Shown: piece by piece, positions 36,401 through 48,400 of the stretch
Layout of the letters: each line of letters opens with the position of its first letter
Position numbering within the stretch: position 1 is the first letter of the stretch
From: Paragordius varius
Lineage: Eukaryota > Animalia > Nematomorpha
Length of the DNA stretch: 64,000 nucleotides
Reading direction: 5' to 3'
Assembly (NCBI GenBank): GCA_964247055.1
Contig: OZ176051.1
Span: forward strand, 12,896,001-12,960,000
Program-made: the position numbers and the translations under genes
The notes under the pieces: generated by a model
What the model was told of the DNA's origin: nothing
Seen by the model: the letters and a program-made list of their open reading frames with translations, nothing else
Database searches by the model: none

Positions 36401-39400
36401 ATGAGCGTTATTTTTGCGTTTTACGAAAATTTTAATCTTCTATCTTTTGCCATACTTATCTTATCACTTATAATTTTGTATGCCTTTAAATGGTCTGATT
36501 CCTCTAAATTTGTAAGTGGTTTTTATCTATAATATTGAAAAACCCAAGCCTACAATATTGTTAATAATAATTTAATATTTTTTGTTTAAAATAGAATGCG
36601 AAGGAACCACCTATTATCCCGTCCTACCTGCCATTTTTTGGCCATATGTTTGCATTTGGAAAAGATCCGCTCAATTTTTTGCTCAATGCATACACAAAAG
36701 TAAATTTTAAGACCTTGTTTGACTTCAAATGGTACTTTGTCCTATATTTCACAAGGATAAATAAATAATAATAATTAAAGTTAAAATATAATTTTGAACC
36801 GTATTCAAAACTATTTAACTAACTGACATGGATACAAAAATCCCATTTTTAACTAGACATGAAATAAGTATCATTCCGGTTGTTTCCCTCTCTTATCCCC
36901 ATATAGTTGGTCTAATTATCCGCATCATATTTTTAAAAAATATGCCAAATTAAATATAAATTTTACGCATTTTTGAAAAAAATATCAATATAAAAGGTTT
37001 AAATTGGACGTATGATAAAGGTTTATAATATGTCTTACCTAATAAACTTCTATATCGGTAAAAACTTCAAATTTTCTACACCTTAAAAATAGAACCTTAT
37101 ATAAAAATCTATAAATATTATAATTAGCATGATATAATTAGTTTGTAGGCCGTGTATATTTACAAATTAATCTATTTAACAAAAAAAGTCTTTTTCTTTT
37201 TATTTCATATATTTAGTATGGGCCAGTCTTTACGTTTACCATGTTGGGAAAACGGTTTACGTATTTGTGTGACAGTGATGCCATTTCCCATTTCTTCAAT
37301 GCCAAGAATGAAGAGTTAAATGCCGAACAAGTGTATAGCAGTTTAGTTACGCCCGTTTTTGGTTCTGGTGTAGTTTATGATGTCCCTCATAATGTAAAAA
37401 TTTTGAAAATTACTTTGATTGCTTTTTAAATTATCATATACACAGTCTAGTTTTATCATTTTTAAATGGTTTCGTGGTCAAGCATTTACAAAATATATAT
37501 ATATATATGACAATTAACAAATATTTGAAAATATTATTTAGTTACGCCCGTTTTTGGTTCTGGTGTAGTTTATGATGTGCCTCATAATGTAATTACATTA
37601 CTTAACTTTTTAAATTATCACACACAGTTTAAACTAATCTTATCATTTTTACATATTATAGGGTAGAGGTGAAATGGCTTCGCGGGCGAGCATTTACAAT
37701 ATATATATATGACAATTAACAAATATTTGATGATATTAGATTTTTAAGATAAATAAAAGACTTTAAAAAACTACAATTTATTTAAACACTTTTTTTGCTA
37801 GTTTATTGCCAAATTTGGGGAAAATATATTCAGAAATTGTTGTTTTGTTTAACATAATCAATTTTACTTTGATTTCGTTTAAAATATCATATTTAATCGC
37901 GGTCGTGTTACTTGGGAGAATTTTCTACATTATCGATTTACGACAAATTTTACCCAATAATATATATGTCAGTCTTTCTTTTTACACATTTGCATTGTGA
38001 ATTAGCAAAAATTAATTTATTACTTCTTGGGTGTTTCTATCAACATTTTTACTAGTTGAACTAATATAAATTTCATATCAAATATATTTTCTGTAATTTC
38101 AGTTGGTTTTTTTCACCTATCATCCACAATTTACAGAAAACTGAAATTAATCAATCAATCAATTTTTGCAGATTTTCATGGAACAAAAAAAGATGATAAA
38201 GAATGGCTTGATTCAAGCACGATATCGCGTTCATGTACCCATCATTGAACGAGAAACGTTGGCTTTCATTTCACAACACATTTTACCACCTTGTGAGGGA
38301 TCGCGATCGTCGTTAAAGACTAAAATTGAAATTAATATACTGGAACGGATGGCTGAATTGATTATTTTCACATCTTCGGCTTGTTTAATGGGTATTATAC
38401 TAATTAAAAATAAGTTACAGTATTTTTGGAATTTTGTTAACTGGGGTACCCACATTCCATGTGGCAAATTTCAGAACTGTTTTATTATTATTACTAACGG
38501 TATTATTTATTTTCATAGTTATTTTGGTATTTTTTATTATTCAAAGTAAATATCAAAAAAATATAGTGTATAAAAGTGTAAATAGGAAATATTATCAAAG
38601 TTGAATTATTATTGTTATTTGAGATGTTGATAAGGTTTTAGTGTTCTATATTATTATACTTCATGGTTTATTGAGGCAATTTTTTACGTATCACATGCCC
38701 TTGTGTTTAACTAATGATTTTACAGATCATTAGAAAACTGGCCTTTGCCGTTAGCGCATTTTCATGCCCCAGCCAACACCACGGGGAGGTGGCAATAGGA
38801 CTTTATTGGCCGGGAGGTGGCAATAGGACTTTGGTAACAAACACTCTTAGCCATAACAATATAGATATATGTTGCATCCAAGAGGCCAGAATGAAAGGAG
38901 ATGGATTGAAAAACTTAGACGATTATACACTATTCTATAAAGGAAATGACAAGGCCAAGGTGGTGTTGCGATTTTCATTAAAAACATCGATCGTGATAAC
39001 ATAATTGATGTAATAAGACATAATCCAAGAATGATTCAAATAAAAATATTGATGAATGATAATGTAATAAATATAGTTTCAACTTACGCACCACAATCTG
39101 GTCTAAGCGAAGCATCAAAAAACGAATATTGGGAAGCCCTCTATGATTTGATGAACAAAACTTCTTCTGAACAAACTTTTGTTGGTGGTTTGCCATATTA
39201 ACAATGATAGTAATGAATTACATGGCGTGCATGGTGGAAATGGCGTTGGAGCCCTCAATAAGATGGGCGAGAGTTTGCTGGACTTTTGCATTGAAAATCA
39301 ACTCATAGTCGCAAATACCCATTTTAAGAAAAAAAACCAACCAGCATATAACTTTTAATTCCGGTGACCACTCATCTATGATAGACTTCATATTAATTCC

Positions 39401-42400
39401 AAAAAAAACTAGGAAACATCTAACAAACATCAAAACTTACTATCAATCCTCTTACCAACACAAGCTAATAACAGCATTTCTAATCATTGAGAAAAGCCGT
39501 AAGACCGCATTCCAACATCAAAAAATATATATAGCAAAGTTAAAGGATTCAAAATTATTAACCGATTATACCAAAAACACAGAGTTACATATACCCGAAC
39601 GAAACAATGTTGAAACTCTATGAAAATTTTAAAAGCACAATTCTAACAGCTGCCAAAAAACATTGTGGCTTTACAAAACCAATGAGGCAACGGAAAAGCT
39701 GGAGGTGGAAAAATGAAATAAAACCATTGTTGCGTGAAAAAGGCGAAGCATATAAAAAATGGAAAAGTTCCAAAAATAATGATGATAAAAGAGTTTATGA
39801 TGATAAAAAGCGAGAGGTCCAAAAGGCCATTCGACACGCTATGAATGAAAAATCCGTTAAAATCGCTGAAAGTTTAGAAAAAGACTTTAAAAACCAAACG
39901 ATTTTTAAAAGACTTAAAAACCTTAACAATAGTAATAAAGATGTTAAAACCATAAAATGTATTAAAGATGAGAATGATTATATAATAACGAATCCCTCGA
40001 AAGTCAAAGAAATTTGGAAAACGAACTTAGAAAAACAATTCAACCAAGTAAACCCGACCAAACAATTTAGCATGGTTTCACCAGTAGCTGGTCTCATACA
40101 AGAAATCACGATAGATGAAGTCACAACTGCAATTAATAAATTAAAAAGTAACAAAGCTCCAGGCCCAAGTTCGACCTCATTCGACCCATCAAAAACACTG
40201 CAGAGTATCTGACAAAACTCTTACCAAATAATAGTTACAAACCAAACTTCCAGCGATTGGAAGAACAGCATAATAATCCCCATTTAATAAAGGCGATCGA
40301 CTAAAAACATCGTCCTACCGACCTTTAAAACTTCTGGAACACACACTGAAATTATTCGAAAATATATTAGAAAACAGGCTGAGAAAACATATCAACATAG
40401 ATTCGAATCAGTTATTCCGTCCAAACAGTAGCACAATAGATCCCTTGTTTATCCTAAGACGCTTACAAGAAAAATATCTGGAAAAGAAACAAAAGCTATA
40501 CCATGTCTTTGTAGATCTGGAACGTGCGTTTGACCAGATACCACGCTCCACAATTCAATGGGCACTACGTAAAAAGGGAATAGAAGAACACACTATACAA
40601 ATCTTATTACTACTCTATAAAAATACAACAACCAACGTTAGAACCAATATCGGCAATACAAGCAATTTCCCAACCAATGCTGGACTACATCAGGATTCAG
40701 TCCTAAGTCCACTCCTTTTTATAACTATAATGGATGCGGCAACGCAAGACATAAGAACTGAATGCCCTTGGGAAATGTTATTCGCCGACGACCTCGTGAT
40801 AACGACACGATCATGGGATCAAATGGTAAATACATATACCAAGTGGAAGAAATGCCTTGAACAATATGGAATGATTATAAACGCCACAAAAACAAAAATA
40901 ATGATAACGGGTGAAAGTGAAACACCCAGATACCCCTGTTCCATTTGCAGTAAGGAAGTACGTTCGAATTCCATTAAATGCATATCATGTCAAATGTGGG
41001 TAAAAAAGTGCTCTAATATAAAAGACAAGTTAACAATAATAAATTTTAAATGTTTAAATTGCTTAGACCCAAGCAATAATAATTTTAATCGACCAAAGCT
41101 ACTTATTATTGATGGACATGACATCGAATTGGTTGACTCTTTCGTATACCTAGGAGATGTCATATCGTCTCAGGGAAGCCCACAAAAGGCTATCAAAAGA
41201 AGAATACAACAAGGTTGGATAAAATATAATCAGTTAAAATATGTTTTCCAAAACAAAAATGTTAACAATCGTAATAAATGGTATCTTTACAAGGTAGGAA
41301 TAAGACCTGCTCTTACCTATGGTTCTGAAACCTGGGCATTAAACAAAACAAATCAAACAAACCTCCTAACCAGTGAGAACCGAATACTCAAAAGCTGCTT
41401 TCGCACACCAGAATTACCAATTTTCATTTAAAAAACCGATAAAATCGATTATATAATTCAAACTAACAGATTGCGTCTATACGGTCATACTCAAAGAAGA
41501 GACGCCACATATCCGTTAAAAACTGTTGAAAACATTAATGTTGATGGCAATAGAAGAAAGGGACGACCACTCTTTTCTTATAATGATAATATAAAAATGG
41601 ACTTGAATCAACGTATCCTTTCCACAGAACAATGTAAAGATCGTAATTTATAGAGGAAACTACTTCGTGAATACAAAACTCCGAATATGGAGTCCTAAAA
41701 TTATCCATTTATTTTGGAAATTTTCTGGCATTTTTAAATACTAAAATTTTACAATAATTTTTTTCTACAGTTAAACAATGCAAATTGTGACTTTAAACTT
41801 GATATTTAGTTTTTCTGTTTAATTTTGCTAACAATTTCATAAAATGTAGTTTAGATTATAACCAATAGTTGTTTTTTATCCATTTATTCAAAAAAATTAA
41901 ATGTGTCACGTATGTTTTAATATAACTTGAACCACACATCTGGAAAAAATAAGATAAAGATAATGAATATTTTGGCATTAATTTTTAAAATGGTAAAATA
42001 TTTTCTCAAAATAAGATACAACGAAATAGAACTATTAAAATTATATATTACATTCATTATACGAATTTTTAAATATTCTATATAAATATGTGTAAAACCA
42101 CCATCTATTTTATTTTCGTTTTTAATTAAAAATTATTATTTTAGCAAAAAAAATTGTTGAAAAGATTATTCGTTTGTGGTATTAAAAATATGATTCACAT
42201 ATATTTTTGCACACTCTGACAACTAGTGATTTTCTTTATCCAATACTAGATATTAAAATTTTAAAACACCATATAAATTTATAAAATGTAAAAATTTAAC
42301 ATAAGAATGATTTTTAATAACGTAAAACCATATTTTTTAACCGGCTTGTTTTTTTGTTGAACTATTGGTTAGGATGGTAAAACAGAAATGTAAATTTGTT

Positions 42401-45400
42401 ACTAAATTATATATATCACAGTAATTGATAAAAGTATATAGCATAAAAAATCAAACTTAAAGATTAGTTTTTTTGACATTTTTTATATAAAAAATTCGAA
42501 AAATTTGCTTATACTTTAAAAGGTAAGGAGGCTAGACAAGCTCTAACGAAAGAAGTTGCTCAATGGTATGCCGATTTAGATGGCGGATTTTGTATTGAGG
42601 CCTGGTTATTTCCTGAGTGGATGCCTTTCCCTGCATTTAAGTAAGGTTTTTTTTTTCAAAACTCAAATAACTTAAAATTATCAAATTTGCAAAATATTAA
42701 AGGTAAATAGATTTTTAGCTTTATGTTTCACAAAGCCTATTTGAATTTCCTTTGCATTTAAGTTGGCTTTTTTATGAAATTAGGTGTAAATTTTTAAAAA
42801 ATGAAAAAACTTTTTAAATGTATTGGTTTTAACCTGAAATATTTTTTTACCGTATAAATTATTTGTAGTTAAGAGTTCAGAAATATGGGTGTTTAAATCA
42901 TATTTTATGGTAAAAATGGTAAAATAATTATATGTTGTTTCTTTCTAAGCCTATTTTAGCATTTAACACCTTAAATTTCCAATATTTACTATATCCACCA
43001 TTAAATAACATGCTTTTCTATATATATGGCTGCTGCGATCACGTTAAATACAGTATGAGTAAGTATATAGAAGTTTATAATTATTGCCAAATAGTAAATA
43101 CAACAAAGGGCAGTATTATTGGCTAATATTAATAAAAAGTGAAAAAATAACTATAAACCAATATAATACTGCCCCCTTTGTTGTAATTCCTATTAGACAC
43201 AATAATTAATAATTTTCCAACAATGTGTACTTACTCCTATAATGTAATTTATTAATAACAAGTCTTAATTAAGCTTTAACAATTTCATTTTTTGTATTAT
43301 ATTTATTAGGAAGCGTGATATAGCCCATTTGAAGATTAAACATTTATTCCTACACATTATTGCTAAACGGAGGAAAGAAAAGAATTTATACCATTTACTT
43401 AAGCAAAACAATTCCACCATCCAAAATGGAGAACAAACGAATGATAAAGACTTAATTTTAGAAGATTTTTATAATAACCCCGTGTCTGATAATGATGAGA
43501 ATGCATTAGATGAAAGTACAACAATTATTATTCTTGTTTATTACATTTTCAAAAGTTATATTTGGAAAAAAAATTGCTTCTTTAAATAAACCATATTTTT
43601 TAATTTTACAATAACTATCGTTTTGGAAGTAACGAAATTCCAACATCATAGTCCTTAAATATTTGTCCATTTTATGTTTTGTCCGTATTATATCAATTTC
43701 AGTATACAAAACAAGAATCCAATAAGCAATGTGGTTTTATTTATGTAATGAAAGCTTAGCAATGTGGTTTTACTCTCATACTGTATTTATTTATTTTGAT
43801 TTTTTTATAAGGTATAAAAACCTTAAATTGATAATAGCCAATATGATTGATACTTTCATGTTATTGTGAAAGAAATTTCTCATTTTTTTAGAAAACTTTT
43901 TGAACATAGATTATAATTGATAATAGCCGATATATGAGAAAACTGTTACATTAGACCTATTAACTATAAAAAGAATATTTCTTTTATGTTGTACCTAATC
44001 CTCTCTAAAAGCTGACAATAATTTTAATATTTATAGATATATATTTATATATATCATCATCATCATCATCAAAATTTCAAATTCACCCTCGAACAATTCA
44101 CATACATCCTAAAATAAATTACGTGTTTTTTAAGAGTAAAAATTATCTATATTTTTTATATTTTTAAAAACATCAAATTTTATTTATCAGCTAAAATACT
44201 GTGGTAAATCGAGAAACCGTAAAACAATAATATTTATTGAGATAAAATACAAAAACTAAACTATATAAAGTTTGCCATGTTTATATACTTTTTGTGAATA
44301 TAATATTTACATGTTAAACCAAGGTAAAATAACATGTGCAGGTCAAATACAAAATTGATACAATAGTTTAACTCAAATATAAAAGGTCATCAAAAATGTA
44401 TTCAAATCTAATATATAAATTTGTCTAGTCAGGTTAGCTAACTTGATGTATTCAAATCTATCAAAAAGAAAAGCACATATCCCTCAAAACAAAAGGCTTA
44501 TACAAAATGTGTATAAGACCAGTTTTGACATATGCCGCAGAAACCATGGCATTAACACAAACTCAAGAGAAACTTTTCATCAGTGCGGAAAATCACATAC
44601 TACGCCTGATGTCAACGCAACTAAATCCCCAAGATATCCGCAATCACATACAAATGGAGCCCATAGACAAATGCATTCAATTCAAACGAATGAGGTACTA
44701 CGGTCACTTTGACCGTATAAATCCCGACAATCCGATCAGGAACTCATTGGACATCATTCCACACCCGGTAACAATAAGCCCGGTCGTCTACGTTTAACCT
44801 GGACTAAAAAGATTGATCTGGATTTCCAACAATTCAAACTGCTAAAAACAGATTGTATTGATAAAGAATTATTTCATACAAAGCTGGATAGCTGTTATGC
44901 AAATCGGAAAGATATACTTTATTTTTATATCATATTTTTCTGTGTTATATGCAAATGTGAAATACATACCTTGCTTAGATATCATAACTTTCACCGTATT
45001 TGAATTGTATTATTTTTTATATTTTTTGTGTTATATGTAAATACATAACCTTTGTTACTTGAAATTTTATTGATATAATGCAAATCATGGACAATCAAAA
45101 TTGCTATATATACACCCTAAAAAACCTAATAAATTCAGTTCATTTCACATTTCTTTTATTTATCTCTTATCTTAAAAGATAACATTGGTGGCAATTCGAG
45201 TATCGAACTAATCTAACAACTAATCTAACACAACAGTGGAACCTCCGGGTTCCAAATTCGGATGGAGAGTCCAAAGTTCCACAAGCATGACAATGTCAAT
45301 TGCCAATATCACCAGCATGTCCAGTAAAAAATTTAATGATAATACCAATTAGAACAATGGTAATAATTTTTCGATCACAACAATCAACCTCTGACACATT

Positions 45401-48400
45401 CGCGCAAGGGTTATGGGAGTGTTCATGGGCCAAACAAATGTCCCGCCTGGAACCGCAATTGCAAATGCGGAAAACCCAACCACTTCGCTAATGTAGATCA
45501 AACTGCCAAAAAATGTTCAACCGCCATTGCACTGAAAGCGAACGGGCTAATAATCTCTAGCAACATTGAAATCATTATCAACAAATGGCTGGGGAGGACT
45601 CCCACATCATTCAACATTTGATGGATGGGTAAGTAAGATTGGCGCGGACAAACTTGTTATAAGATTGATCGGTAAGACGCCTACCTCCCCAGGCCGAGTT
45701 AAAGCTACACCTCGACGATTTCAACAATAAGAGTATGTGTCAGTTACAAAAGGACACTGTTTAGATTCGTTACAGCGCCCATAGTATATCAGTGCGCCTG
45801 GACCAGTTTCAAAGGAATGGTCTAGGGTGGCAGGCAGAGATCAAATGAAACACATCGACACACATAACATAGAATGTTATCTTTCAAACTAAGATTCGTC
45901 GACACACCCACGACACCGGTCACTCAAACAATAGTAATGATAATGATCACGACAATAACACTAATATTAATGGTAACATTATTGATAATAATAACATAAT
46001 AGCAATAATGACAATATCAATGAAAATCCGCACGAGCGTCGTTACCCCGAGAGAATTCGGCGGAAGCCGGTCCGGTTCTCTTAAGGGGGAAGTGATGTTA
46101 TGCAAATCGGAAAGATATACTTTATTTTTATATCATATTTTTCTGTGTTATATGCAAATGTGAAATACATACCTTGCTTAGATATCATAACTTTCACCGT
46201 ATTTGAATTGTATTATTTTTTATATTTTTTGTGTTATATGTAAATACATAACCTTTGTTACTTGAAATTTTATTGATATAATGCAAATCATGGACAATCA
46301 AAATTGCTATATATACACCCTAAAAAACCTAATAAATTCAGTTCATTTCACATTTCTTTTATTTATCTCTTATCTTAAAAGATAACAATAGCTTATGATG
46401 GTGCACCATCAAAGCTTACTGTTAAACAACAACAACATTTATATAATACTGAAAAAATAATAAATTATGCCATAAGAATATATTTTATATATGATGAGTT
46501 ATATTCACCCTAAAATGGTGAATTTGAATTGTTTAAGGGTATATTAGAATTGTTCGAAGGTGAATTTGAATTGTTCGAAGGTAAATTTGAATTTTCAAGG
46601 GAGAATTTGAATTGTAATGGTATATATCTACATTGATTAATTTTCTATAATTAATTAAATCGATATGATTGATACTTTTATTATATTGTTAATAACAATT
46701 CATTTTTCAGAAAACTTTTTAAATATATCTCAAATGTATTTGAAATGATTAATTTTCTATATTGTTTGATATAATAGCTGATATGATTGATACATTTATG
46801 TTGAGTCGTTACAAGAGTGGACGCTATACTACGGATGAGGAAATTGCTAAACTTATGATATCCCTCCTTATGGCTGGTCAACATACCTCATCAACGACGA
46901 GCTCTTGGTTACTCATGTTTTTGGCAAAACATCAAAATATTCAAGTTTTTTTTCCTTTTTAAATTTTTAACCAGACTTTTTTTCATCAAAAAAAATATAT
47001 ATGGGAAAATTTATTTTTTGATTAACGCAAATGTGTGAAATCTTTGTTCGTTTGCAGAATGTAATAGTAAAGCAAAAAAAATTGATAAAATAGATGGCTC
47101 ATTAACAATTTTGAAATAAATAACTACTGTTAGGACGGCAGCATATGACAGATTTTTTTAAAAGTAATCTTTCCCCCAAAAAACTTTCCAATCTTATGTT
47201 ATTAATATTTAATATATTTGGAAACAATATTAAAAACCATTTTTTGAATGGCTGATTTTTAGGTTTAGTTTAATTACAAATATACTTCGCCTAAAAATCA
47301 CGGGGTTATAGGCAACTGCATATATATAAGCGGCATAGACTTGTGCTATTAGTTAAATCTTTTAATCTGCTAACAAATATAATTTTTCTCCATTTATTTT
47401 GTTTTTGATGTTGAATATTTTACTATTCTTTAAAATACAACATTTGTATTGTAATAATTTTACTTTTTATTTGTTATAATATATACCATTTACAGTTTAA
47501 ATCCACCCTCAAATTCAAATTCACCCTAAAATAAATGTTTTTTTTTAAATGATGAGTTATATTAGTCTGAAATATAATTTAATTTTAGGGTGAATTTGAA
47601 TTGTTCAAGGGTGATTTGGATTGTTCGAGGTTGAATTCGAATTGTTCAAGGGTGAATTCGAATTATAAATGGTATATAATAAGCATTTATAACCAAATTA
47701 TAGTTTTTTATATGGTTTATCTATATTTGAATCGAAATTCCCTCCCCCCACAAATAAATTTTTTTATATTGTAGGAAAAATTGTATGAAGAAATTATGGA
47801 GCATTGTGACGTTAAAGACGTTGATAGTTCAGACCCAACCAGTAAAATTTAAATATTTTTATAGATATATTTTTTTCCGGATAGCAAAATCGTTTTAAAT
47901 ATATAATTTTCTTAAATTTAAATATATATATATTGCTATTTTAACCGAGATCAATTTCATTAGTTTTTTATATGGTATGTTTTGGTTTTTTGAATAAATT
48001 TATATTTGTATGCGACTATTATTAGCATTGCATTTAGATATTTATTATTATTATAACCAATTTTTATATAAAATACTCATCTTAGCTATTTGTAGATTAA
48101 AAATAACCACACTGTATTATCATTTTTTTATATCTGAAGATATGAAAAATCTGTTTTTAGCAATTTGTTTCTTATGTTATAATTCAGTTAACGAAAGATT
48201 TAAAAACTTTATGATCGAACTTGCTGTCACCTATTTTTTCGATATTAATGAAAACTGGTCTTTTTTTCTCCAAAAATATCAAATTTAAGATTACACTTTC
48301 TAGGACCATATATAATATAAATTGACTCTATAACTTTTTATAATTTTACATGTTTATAGCTGATGTCAAATATCGTCTTAAGGGCCTAGATTTATCGCTT

